The notes: generated by a model from the sequence alone, not told the origin. Shown: positions 8,378 to 16,115, numbered from the stretch's first letter. The stretch is 33,954 nucleotides of DNA from a virus (IMGVR_UViG_3300025635_000092:1-33954), one strand, 5' to 3'. Program-made: numbers and translations.

Positions 8378-9035
8378 GTTCGGCTCCTCTCGCTAGAAAT
8401 TCCTCAAAGACATTCGGCCTACTTTCCACCGGCACATCATCCCACTGTCCTCGGTTCAGCCAGGTGGCAGGGTGCGGAATGAATTGCCCGCCTTCCTTGG
8501 CCCATTGAGGGCTACCCCTAGCCCGATGTATAGCCGCGATGAGATCGTCGATCCTGGGGCGATTCTGTGCGTTCTGGAATGCCTTTTGAGCCGCCTTCTT
8601 GCCGACCTTGCGTGGGTAGGCATTCCAAAAGGTGTCAAAGTCGCTCGATGCACACACAAGTTTCTTCTCTGTCTCTGTCTCTGTCTCTGTCTCTGTCTCT
8701 GTCTCTGTCTCTGTCTCTGTCTCTGTCTCTGAGATGACAACTTGATGACAGTCTGATATCGCGTTGATATCATCTTGTATCAGCCAGTGCGAAAGCCTTG
8801 TAATACTTGAATAAACTTGTTTTTCTGGCAATCGTAACCGGAAGGCAATGTCTGGGATGGGTGGCAGTTCGCCATGATGCTCTGAGGCTAATAGCCACAA
8901 GTTAATAAGGAGCTTGGACGAGGCGGGGTCGAGGTCGTACCATTGCCGGTCATCGAGGAGCTTGCGATAGAGCTTGATCCAGATGGGGCTTCGATCTTTG
9001 AAATGCTGGAATTGCTCCCAGTTTTTGACTCGCAT
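8283..9035 (-). CDS. Phage replication initiator (lambda O / DnaD-like)
   Basis: VKNWEQFQH...WIKLYRKLLDD N-terminus, (ET)n linker, FDTFWNAYPRKVGKKAA and FIPHPATWLNRGQWDD C-terminal motifs. Confidence 0.85.
   Translation of the reverse strand: MRVKNWEQFQHFKDRSPIWIKLYRKLLDDRQWYDLDPASSKLLINLWLLASEHHGELPPIPDIAFRLRLPEKQVYSSITRLSHWLIQDDINAISDCHQVVISETETETETETETETETETETEKKLVCASSDFDTFWNAYPRKVGKKAAQKAFQNAQNRPRIDDLIAAIHRARGSPQWAKEGGQFIPHPATWLNRGQWDDVPVESRPNVFEEFLARGAEHESTGVFEGLDALDGATVGQKLPKRSEFDIF
8666..8731. repeat. Perfect (TCTCTG)11 microsatellite encoding (ET)n
   Basis: Directly counted: 66 bp, 11 identical units. Confidence 0.95.
8733..8776. repeat. Four 11-bp-period iteron-like repeats (putative ori)
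   Basis: GATGACAACTT / GATGACAGTCT / GATATCGCGTT / GATATCATCTT in tandem inside the initiator gene. Confidence 0.6.
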
Positions 9036-9045
9036 GGATAGCCTC

Positions 9046-9165
9046 AAAAATAAGAAGGGGCTTCCAGGTCGGCTAAGAACCTGAAAACCCCTTCCGTGTT
9101 CTGGTTCGCCCTTGCGGGGGAACCGGAGACACTCGACACGGTAACTTAGCCTTACCGTTGCAAAT
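9046..9165 (-). ncRNA. Structured leader/sRNA: three hairpins, the last a terminator
   Basis: Stems at 9138-9158, 9096-9132 (GCAA tetraloop) and 9054-9094, followed by UUAUUUUU on the minus strand. Confidence 0.7.
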
Positions 9166-9172
9166 TGTGCGA

Positions 9173-9493
9173 CTACTCTACCCCCTCAGTCGGGGGCGTG
9201 TCAAGCATGTGGGATTTTGAGAACGCTCGATCAGCAAATGACTTTGCTTTCATGGCCGTTCCTGCTTTGACATGCCGCTTTTTTCGTGATGCTTCCATTT
9301 GCCGGTGTCGAATGTCTTGCGCGACAGGTATCATCTTCTTAAACATTTCTCGCATTTTCTGGCGGCGAGACGCATGACCTTTTTTATAGAGACGAGGTTC
9401 CCCTCGTACCCATCCCATGCGTGCCCATGACTTCGGATGAACCTTGGTCTTTTCCCCACACCCGCATTGGCATAGACCGTATGGAACGTTCAT
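9173..9493 (-). CDS. Basic protein with CxCGCG motif (putative DNA-binding)
   Basis: LCQCGCGEKT...RLYKKGH motif seen in phage nuclease-associated domains; SD GGAGAGGG. Confidence 0.6.
   Translation of the reverse strand: MNVPYGLCQCGCGEKTKVHPKSWARMGWVRGEPRLYKKGHASRRQKMREMFKKMIPVAQDIRHRQMEASRKKRHVKAGTAMKAKSFADRAFSKSHMLDTPPTEGVE
9175..9204 (-). promoter_or_regulatory. Sigma70-type promoter for the leader RNA/replication operon
   Basis: Minus strand TTGACA-N18-TAGAGT; the spacer contains the inverted repeat CCCCC...GGGGG. Confidence 0.55.
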
Positions 9494-9515
9494 AATTGCC
9501 CTCTCCTTTAGTGGC

Positions 9516-9737
9516 CTAATTCTCATTCATGGATTGGATTGCGGATACTTCCGCTCGTATGTCAGCCACCCCATTGAATACCCATGTCCGGAGTGATGAT
9601 TGGTTATAGTGTTCATAATCTTTTAAGAAGATTGTGCATGCCGTTACAAGGCGGCGATAGGCGGCGATGGCTTGCTCTGGATCGTCAAAGTCGGCCATGG
9701 CTTCCAAGGCTGATTCCGTCCACTCTCCGTTTGTCAT
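9516..9737 (-). CDS. Hypothetical protein
   Basis: 73 aa; SD AAGGAG. Confidence 0.55.
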   Translation of the reverse strand: MTNGEWTESALEAMADFDDPEQAIAAYRRLVTACTIFLKDYEHYNQSSLRTWVFNGVADIRAEVSAIQSMNEN

Positions 9738-9740
9738 GCT

Positions 9741-10031
9741 CTAGACTCCTTCCGGTGGAACATTCCAATTTTTCCCATGCACCCACGCATAAACAACACC
9801 GAATTGACGCAACTGCTCTGTCAGTGTTCCGTCTAGTTCCCATCGCATGAATTTTGATTGCAAAATGTCCTTGATTTGCTCCTCTGTTTTCCCTTGCTGT
9901 GCGAGTCCGTCAGCAATGCCTTGCCAAACACTACACGATGGACCGGCGAAGGAATACATCGGCCATTCTGGGGCGCGAGTTCCTTCATACCGTCCAGGGA
10001 ACGGCCCTATTTTGCCAGTAATGTCATCCAT
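9741..10031 (-). CDS. Hypothetical protein
   Basis: 96 aa; SD GGGAG. Confidence 0.55.
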   Translation of the reverse strand: MDDITGKIGPFPGRYEGTRAPEWPMYSFAGPSCSVWQGIADGLAQQGKTEEQIKDILQSKFMRWELDGTLTEQLRQFGVVYAWVHGKNWNVPPEGV

Positions 10032-10034
10032 GTT

Positions 10035-10226
10035 CTATCTCCCTTCCGTTGGAAATTGTAGCCCACTTCTTACCCAGGCACAGCGACTGCCGCATACGGG
10101 CGCGATAAGCCACTGGATATGGCCAAACGCCTGCTTGCAGTCGATTATTTTTACTAATACGTCTAGCGATCCAATCGAAAAAAGCACCTCTTGCCCGATA
10201 TAATGCTGTAGGTCTTTGGTGGTCAT
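10035..10226 (-). CDS. Small beta-rich hypothetical protein
   Basis: 63 aa; coupled start. Confidence 0.55.
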   Translation of the reverse strand: MTTKDLQHYIGQEVLFSIGSLDVLVKIIDCKQAFGHIQWLIAPVCGSRCAWVRSGLQFPTEGR

Positions 10227-10636
10227 GATGCCTTTCCTTCGGCCTTGGCAATGGCGGCTTGAACTTTTTTTAGCGTAGGGCCATTAATTTTGAATCCATA
10301 GGAAATGGGGTACGCATTTTCAGTGACAGCTTTCAACGCCTCAAGCAGGTCAGGACTCGCCGCAATCAGGCGAGCGTTGGCCTTGATCTCGCTTCTCAAT
10401 TCGCAATCATTTGCCATAACCGCAATATCCACCTCTTGTTGTTCAGCGTGTACCACGATAGGGCTATCGTCTCCTCGCTGCTCCCCTAAGTCCAGCATCT
10501 TCCACGGTCCCTTCGTGTATGTTGTGCTCATATTCTTTTCCCTTTCGTCGTAGTGGTAATTGCACAGCGTATCCCCTAGTGTCGGCATGTCGCAGACTTC
10601 ACAGCGCAATCGTTCCGGTTGTGTGTGTGTGTTCAT
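10223..10636 (-). CDS. Conserved phage early protein (TKGPW...ANARLIAASPDLLEAL)
   Basis: Motif pair widespread in phage early regions; a possible second start at MSTTY. Confidence 0.7.
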   Translation of the reverse strand: MNTHTQPERLRCEVCDMPTLGDTLCNYHYDEREKNMSTTYTKGPWKMLDLGEQRGDDSPIVVHAEQQEVDIAVMANDCELRSEIKANARLIAASPDLLEALKAVTENAYPISYGFKINGPTLKKVQAAIAKAEGKAS

Positions 10637-10905
10637 CGTGTGGCCTCCTTCCATCGTCCATTGATAAAGCGTTTGCCCTGATATTGATGCAAATGCCCAT
10701 ACATGCGCGTGGTCTGCCTCTCAAACAATAACCGGCGCATGTACTCGGCAGCGGATAGCACTGAGTCCCAGTACTCTTTACGGATGCCCTCGCCGGTGAT
10801 GAATACGGCGTCAATCCAGCCTTCGGCATCAATCGAGAAAGTGACTTTGATGCCATGCGGCGCAAGGTCTTTGCGAAGGTTTTCTAGTTCTTGTCGGCAT
10901 GTCAT
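10633..10905 (-). CDS. Hypothetical protein
   Basis: 90 aa; SD AAGGAG. Confidence 0.55.
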   Translation of the reverse strand: MTCRQELENLRKDLAPHGIKVTFSIDAEGWIDAVFITGEGIRKEYWDSVLSAAEYMRRLLFERQTTRMYGHLHQYQGKRFINGRWKEATR

Positions 10906-10950
10906 CGCTCCGACTCCTTTCTCTGCCCTGGCCAGTGCCAGGGGAGGGGG

Positions 10951-11421
10951 TTAACGGACTAAATACGTGGTGCCGTCAAAGTTCACTTCCGTATAATCGG
11001 CCTTCAATTCTTCTGCCGCCGCTTCCCAGTCGATATGGGTGCATGGCCATTTTGCATCCCGATCAATCGCGCCGATATCGTCGGCTAATTGCTGGGCATA
11101 CTCCACAAAGTAATCTTCTCGGATCAATGCCGCGCCATGTTTCCAGTCATCCGCATAGCCTTCAGCATCATCGTTAAGCTGTTGCAGGGCCTTCAATTCG
11201 TCGCCGTTGTCCTCGTCCCATTCCTTGAGCCGGTCTTGTGCGGCGTCAAGATCATCTTGTGCGGCGTCCTTGTCATCTTCTCCGGCTTCGTCCACGGCTT
11301 CTTGCATGTCGTCAATGTCGCGCTCTAGGTCGTCACGTTCCTCTGTCAATTCTTCCAGCCTGGCGATGATGTCGCGGCTGTCAATAATCTCGTCACTTGT
11401 GGATGGGGCTTCTCGTCGCAT
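10951..11421 (-). CDS. Highly acidic protein, ArdA-like C-terminus (putative DNA mimic/antirestriction)
   Basis: About one third D/E (51/156 by hand count); HIDWEAAAEELKADY resembles the ArdA YIDYEAxARDL motif. Confidence 0.6.
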   Translation of the reverse strand: MRREAPSTSDEIIDSRDIIARLEELTEERDDLERDIDDMQEAVDEAGEDDKDAAQDDLDAAQDRLKEWDEDNGDELKALQQLNDDAEGYADDWKHGAALIREDYFVEYAQQLADDIGAIDRDAKWPCTHIDWEAAAEELKADYTEVNFDGTTYLVR

Positions 11422-11441
11422 AGGGCAATCTCCCTCCTTGG

Positions 11442-11987
11442 TTAGGCTCTGTTACCGCTCTCGTCAAATTCATACTCGTTGGCTCGTATGCTCTCGTCCA
11501 CCGATTCATCACTGAGCAAGTACTCATATTCATGCTGGAGGATGATGGAATACTCCTCAAGTAATTCACGTTCATATTCCCTCGTCACTTCATCAAGTTC
11601 CTCTTCATAGGCTTCGATGATATCGTCGGCCTTGTCGCGGTATTCCTCTTCCGTCATGTCGTTCAGGTTCTTGTCTCTTTCCTGCGTCATGTCGTCATAA
11701 GTTAGTTTGTACCCTTGCGCCAGTTTTGCTGTGCCGCAATCAGGGCCGTGGTCCTTCAAAATTGCCGTGATGGAGTCAATAAGGCTCATGGTTAATTGAC
11801 CAGACGCATGTCGGTTTCGATCCAAGTCAAACCCCGTTATTTTCAGGCCCACGTTAGCGGCATCGTCATACGTACCTTCCCACCATTCATAATCCAGCGC
11901 GCCTTGGCGGTACCAATCGCGCGTGTTGTCCTTGGCCTTGTCGGATAATTCATCGAATTGGTATAGAGTAATGGTTTTCTTTCGCAT
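11442..11987 (-). CDS. Acidic conserved phage/plasmid protein
   Basis: LYQFDELSDKAKD...WY N-terminus and EYEYLLSDESVDESIRANEYEFDESG C-terminus; a family often labelled 'antitoxin of toxin-antitoxin stability system'. Confidence 0.65.
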   Translation of the reverse strand: MRKKTITLYQFDELSDKAKDNTRDWYRQGALDYEWWEGTYDDAANVGLKITGFDLDRNRHASGQLTMSLIDSITAILKDHGPDCGTAKLAQGYKLTYDDMTQERDKNLNDMTEEEYRDKADDIIEAYEEELDEVTREYERELLEEYSIILQHEYEYLLSDESVDESIRANEYEFDESGNRA

Positions 11988-12030
11988 AGTCCTTCTCCTT
12001 GCGCCTGGTCTGGCGCGGGTTAAGTGCGGG

Positions 12031-12357
12031 TTAATTCCAGCGCAATCCAACGTAATAATAGAGGTTTGATTCACATCTCTCATGGTCTTCTTCCTCGCAA
12101 TGCTGGCAATGATATTCCCATGCCGAATCGCTGTTCAACGCTGGTTGCGTTGGGGAATCGGACACTTCAATTTCAACATCATAACCAGTTTGAGCGGCTT
12201 GCTCTAGCGCATCCTCCAGCGCATCACGGTAGCAATCCCCACATCCTAGCGTGCAATGCTCGTATTTTGTGAAGGCTATGCCATGCCCTTGAAAGCAATC
12301 GGCATTCTCGATGCCATAATCGGTGATTTGATAGTCTGTGGTCTTGGTTTGCGTCAT
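12031..12357 (-). CDS. Acidic hypothetical protein
   Basis: 108 aa, rich in D/E and Cys; purine-rich SD. Confidence 0.6.
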   Translation of the reverse strand: MTQTKTTDYQITDYGIENADCFQGHGIAFTKYEHCTLGCGDCYRDALEDALEQAAQTGYDVEIEVSDSPTQPALNSDSAWEYHCQHCEEEDHERCESNLYYYVGLRWN

Positions 12358-12383
12358 GGTCTTTCCCTTTCCTGTGCGCCCGT

Positions 12384-12650
12384 TTAGGCGTGGTCTGCCG
12401 CATGAATTGCCGGGATATTGTCAAGATCATAATCGTGGATGAAATACCGCTCCCCTTTGATCCTGATATAGAACGATGCCGCATTGCTCCAGCATATGGC
12501 ATACACTCGATACGTGCGGGTCCCAAACTTCACCATATACTCCGTTGGAATCTTGTCTCCATACCCATCTTGCCTTCGATTGCAAGGGAAATGTATCGTT
12601 CTGAAAATTGTGAACGTATCGCCTTTGATGTCGCCAAGATAATTGACCAT
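12384..12650 (-). CDS. Hypothetical protein
   Basis: GYGDKIPTEYMV...YRVYAICWSNAAS motif; SD GGGGGAG. Confidence 0.6.
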   Translation of the reverse strand: MVNYLGDIKGDTFTIFRTIHFPCNRRQDGYGDKIPTEYMVKFGTRTYRVYAICWSNAASFYIRIKGERYFIHDYDLDNIPAIHAADHA

Positions 12651-12652
12651 AT

Positions 12653-13049
12653 TCTCCCCCTTGGTTGAAGTGCCGCTCGATACCCTGTTAAGCCTGGTGA
12701 CAATGTTCACACGTGGATAATCTGCGTGCGTCTGCAATGCTGAGGGCTTGTGATGAGATTCGCACGTGGTTGAGATGCTTTGACCAGGAATAGCACCCCA
12801 GTCTCACAAGCGTCTTGTGATGTTCAATCACGTGGGTTTTGTTCCCTTGTGGAGTGCGAACTAGGAAGGCGCATTCAGGTCCCTGGATTGCCTCTTTTTC
12901 AGCGCGGTATTGTTCCAACCATTTTTGCGTGGCCAGTTCTCGGCAGGGTTTGCACTCATTCAGATAATTGACTACTTTCAGTTGTTGGCATGTTCTGCAT
13001 GTTCTTTTCATTGTCTCCCCCTTGGTGAGTGTGCCGCTCGATACCCTGT
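12653..13049. repeat. 36-bp direct repeat of gene leaders (12653-12688 and 13014-13049)
   Basis: TCTCCCCCTTGGT-N4-GTGCCGCTCGATACCCTGT; 32/36 identical. Confidence 0.9.
12688..13011 (-). CDS. Zinc-finger hypothetical protein, first gene of the early arm
   Basis: CRTC...CKPC and CEHC motifs; SD GGGGGAG. Confidence 0.6.
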   Translation of the reverse strand: MKRTCRTCQQLKVVNYLNECKPCRELATQKWLEQYRAEKEAIQGPECAFLVRTPQGNKTHVIEHHKTLVRLGCYSWSKHLNHVRISSQALSIADARRLSTCEHCHQA

Positions 13050-13054
13050 ACCAT

Positions 13055-13070
13055 TGCACACCCTATGCCT
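13055..13070 (-). promoter_or_regulatory. Sigma54 (-24/-12) promoter of the early arm
   Basis: Minus strand AGGCATAGGGTGTGCA = GG-N10-GC. Confidence 0.55.
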
Positions 13071-13087
13071 GATAATGACAGTAAGGA

Positions 13088-13100
13088 AATCAAGAGGTTA
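13088..13100 (+). promoter_or_regulatory. IHF binding site
   Basis: AATCAAGAGGTTA is an exact match to WATCAANNNNTTR. Confidence 0.6.
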
Positions 13101-13234
13101 GCAACGCACCATGAAGCACGATTGTTCCGAAATGCCACAACCTCACGCCAATCGCAGGCGCGTTTCGCTACAGCACTGTCCCATTCTGCTACAGCTATCC
13201 CCACTATTCACAGGTAGCTACGTCAAGCCACAAC

Positions 13235-13265
13235 CTATTGACGAACAATAGAACACAAATAAAGT
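13235..13265 (+). promoter_or_regulatory. Candidate rightward (late) sigma70 promoter with operator-like palindrome
   Basis: TTGACG-N16-TAAAGT; CTATTG-N5-CAATAG overlaps the -35; a second TTGACA lies at 13268. Confidence 0.4.
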
Positions 13266-13446
13266 ATTTGACAGGCGAGCGAAAACCCGCTACTCCCAAG
13301 AGGGGGGACGTAAGACAGAGGGGGAGTTCTCCTCCCTGAGCATGGCCTCAAGCCGCCAGGCTGAATAAGAGGCCAGCGCAAGTGCCTAGCCGACAGGCGT
13401 TATCCCTTCCCTTCCCTCCATCCTCACAGTCATGACTGCCAGTCTT

Positions 13447-13525
13447 CCCTGGAATGTCCTCAAGAAGAAATGTCCAGGGAGATAAGGAGGAATGTCCAGG
13501 GGGGAATATCCAGGGAGAAAAGTCC
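13447..13525. repeat. AAT(G/A)TCCAGGG repeat cluster upstream of TerS
   Basis: Copies at 13469, 13491 and 13505; partial copies at 13453 and 13519; inverted CCCTGGA at 13447. Confidence 0.7.
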
Positions 13526-13807
13526 TTCGGTCCTGTCCCTCCTCTTCTCTCTTCTCCTCTCGCATATCGTCCTACCTAGAACGATTGTCTCCCTGCCTTG
13601 ACAGTCAGTGTCCTCTTCCGTTAAGTCCTGCCTATCATCACTGTCCTGATTCAGTGTTGTTCGGTCTGTCCGAGATGAAGGAAGGCTGAGAAGGCGAGAT
13701 GGGACAGTCTGATGGGGTGGGAGGGGCTTTTCGAGTCGGAGTGTGACCCCACATGGCCCTCTCTCCAGGTTTTTACGCAGTCCAAAAAAGCACTAGGAGA
13801 GTAGCCG

Positions 13808-14290
13808 ATGATTAAGCAGCGGTGTGCAGGAACGACGAAGGAAGGAACGCCGTGTCGGTATTTCATTGCGGAGGGGGAGACGCTGTGTCCGCATCATGAT
13901 CCAGACAAGACGCGGCAGGAGCGGTTGATTGCGCGAGCGACGTTGGGGAAAGAGGCGCGGGCGATGCCGGAGAAGTTGGAGATTACCGATCTCTCGACCT
14001 CGAAGGACTTGCAGTACGGGTTTCAGCAAGTGATTAAGGCGGCGTCATCGCAGCGGCAAGTCGATCTGAAGCGATTGGATGTGGTGATACGGGCGTTGAA
14101 TGGGGCGAATGCGGTGCAGCAGACGGAGGAGATACGGGAGCAGAACCGGATTTTGATGATGTTGGATGGGCATGGGGCGTCGGTGGCGGCGTTGCAGCGG
14201 TTGCGGGACGCGCCGACGAAGGCGTTGCCAGGGCGGGCGCTGAAGCAGGTTGGGCCGAAGTCGGAGCCGGAGCGGAAGGAGAGCGCCTAA
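13808..14290 (+). CDS. Putative terminase small subunit
   Basis: N-terminal RCAGTTKEGTPC...LCPHHDP zinc finger; helical body; position before TerL; SD AGGAG. Confidence 0.6.
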   Translation: MIKQRCAGTTKEGTPCRYFIAEGETLCPHHDPDKTRQERLIARATLGKEARAMPEKLEITDLSTSKDLQYGFQQVIKAASSQRQVDLKRLDVVIRALNGANAVQQTEEIREQNRILMMLDGHGASVAALQRLRDAPTKALPGRALKQVGPKSEPERKESA

Positions 14291-14475
14291 TGGAGCCGCT
14301 AGAGACGATTCAATTACGGACGGGAGGGTTGGTGCTGGTCCAGCCGGATCTCTGGCGTATTCATCTGGCGTTGGTCAAGACCTCGCAGGAGACGTGCCTC
14401 TCGCTGTTGCTGGACAGGGCGGAAGTGCAGCGGGTCATAGAGGCGTTGCAGCGAGTACTGGAGAAAACCGCGTGA
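14290..14475 (+). CDS. Small hypothetical protein
   Basis: 61 aa; coupled to both neighbours. Confidence 0.55.
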   Translation: MEPLETIQLRTGGLVLVQPDLWRIHLALVKTSQETCLSLLLDRAEVQRVIEALQRVLEKTA

Positions 14476-16115
14476 GCGCACGAATCGAAAAAGTGCTGGT
14501 TGAGCGGATTGGGGCCATGACGGGCACGCTGTTGTGCGCCGTGATTCTCGATCTCCCCGACCGCCTGGCCGTGGCGGACGGCGTGGATGCCGAAGGCCGG
14601 TCGGTGGTGCTGGTCGGACGCTCGCAGATGGGCGACGGGGCAGACGAGTTGTGTGCCTACGTGCTGGCACAGATCGCAGAGGGACGCTGTCCCGACCAAG
14701 TGCATCCGGTCTGCTTTGCGCCCAAGGCGTCACGCGCCATTGCGGCGGCCATTGATGGGCCGGTCGAGGAAGTGTTGGTGCATGGGCCACGCAAGACCGG
14801 CAAGACGCATACGCTGGCAGGCGCAGCCCTCATCAATGCGGAACTCCATCTACGGGCGGGCTATCCGGCTCCGTTCAAGGTGGCGTGGTTGCATGATTCG
14901 TTGATGTCGGCGGCAGGCAAGACGGGACAATCGCTGGAACTGCCGATGTGGGGCGGATTATGGACGATGAAATCCGACCGGACGCTGGCCTGGTTCAGCG
15001 TGGCAGGAAAGGATGTGATTCGCGGCGAGTTTGTGGGCTGTAAAGACGACTCCTCGGCAGAGCGGTTGCGGCAGGAAGTGCATATGGTGCTGGCGGAAGA
15101 GTTGGTGGCGTCATTGACGGACGGCACCGGCATTACCGAAGATCAATACCGACTCGCACGCAGCTCGGCCCGTCTTGAGACGCGCCGGAAGGCGGCGATC
15201 TGCGCGACGAACCCTGGCGCACCGGATAGCTGGCCCGCGCAGTATTTCGGCGTGCTTGGGGCGCAGATCCCCGCGACACGGCTGGCGGTGCAAGTCCCAG
15301 CCGATGACCGGCTGACCGATCAGGAGAAGACGGATGCCCTCTCAACCTTTGCGGGGTCGCCTACGCTACAAGCACGGCTGGCCCTCGGTGAGTGGGTGAT
15401 GGTGGAACAGGGTCACCAGGTCGCAGAGGGGTTCGATGAACGCTATCATGTCACAACGCAGCCGATTGCCCCCCATGCTGGATGGCTCTTGGGGATTGGG
15501 TGGGACGGCGGGCATTCCCCCTCGGCGGTGATCGGGCAACTGCAACAGGGGCAAGCCCAGGTCTATTGCGTGAAGAATAAGATCGGGGTGGGGGTGCTGG
15601 AGTTGATCGAGCAAGAAGTGCTGCCGTGGCTCTTGACGTATGCCCCGTGGGCGGTGCAAGATGGCGGCGTGCAACTGGTGCACATTATCGACCCCAACAT
15701 GGCCACCCCTGGCCAAGCGACGATTAGCGAATCGGCGGAAAAGATGATTCTCGCCAAGCTCGGTGGACGGATCGTGCGCGGGGCAGTCCGCTGGCCTCCT
15801 CGCCGTGAAGCCGTGCTAAAAGCCTTTGCGCCTCGCCAAGTCGGCGGACGCGCCCCGCTCCTCATTGCGAAATCCCCCGACACGGAACTGCTCGTCCATG
15901 CACTCAACGGGCGCTGGTACTACCAGAAAAAAGACGATGGGCAAGTGGATCGCACTGGTCCGAAGAAGCCCAACTCACCGTGGGCCGATGTGGGCGATGC
16001 GTTTGCCTACCTCATGGGATGGCTGCTCGGTGGCGATCTCATGGAGACGACACGGCGGGAGATTACCGTGGAAACAGAATTTGCCATTGGTGGCATCGGA
16101 GGATTTGGACGATGA
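14472..16115 (+). CDS. terL: Terminase large subunit
   Basis: Walker A GPRKTGKT, Walker B-like MVLAEE, motif C ATNP, nuclease acidic motifs IGWDGG and DVGDAFAY; GTG start coupled at 14472. Confidence 0.85.
   Translation: MSARIEKVLVERIGAMTGTLLCAVILDLPDRLAVADGVDAEGRSVVLVGRSQMGDGADELCAYVLAQIAEGRCPDQVHPVCFAPKASRAIAAAIDGPVEEVLVHGPRKTGKTHTLAGAALINAELHLRAGYPAPFKVAWLHDSLMSAAGKTGQSLELPMWGGLWTMKSDRTLAWFSVAGKDVIRGEFVGCKDDSSAERLRQEVHMVLAEELVASLTDGTGITEDQYRLARSSARLETRRKAAICATNPGAPDSWPAQYFGVLGAQIPATRLAVQVPADDRLTDQEKTDALSTFAGSPTLQARLALGEWVMVEQGHQVAEGFDERYHVTTQPIAPHAGWLLGIGWDGGHSPSAVIGQLQQGQAQVYCVKNKIGVGVLELIEQEVLPWLLTYAPWAVQDGGVQLVHIIDPNMATPGQATISESAEKMILAKLGGRIVRGAVRWPPRREAVLKAFAPRQVGGRAPLLIAKSPDTELLVHALNGRWYYQKKDDGQVDRTGPKKPNSPWADVGDAFAYLMGWLLGGDLMETTRREITVETEFAIGGIGGFGR

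Noticed and set aside
8456-8773. (QR)n and (LC)n ORFs
   Set aside because: Alternative-frame readings of the TCTCTG microsatellite.
12638-12972. AGATAATTGAC in two adjacent genes (both encode VNYL)
   Set aside because: Short, within coding sequence, compatible with chance.
13300-13440. tRNA-like hairpin cluster
   Set aside because: No T-loop GTTCRA or cloverleaf geometry.
12653-13525. Possible CRISPR or mini-array from the 36-bp and 11-bp repeats
   Set aside because: Only two 36-bp copies separated by a whole gene; the short repeats have irregular, tiny spacers; no cas genes.
14250-14471. Longer TerL start given by the ORF track (621 aa)
   Set aside because: Overlaps TerS and the 61-aa gene; GTG at 14472 is coupled and has an SD.
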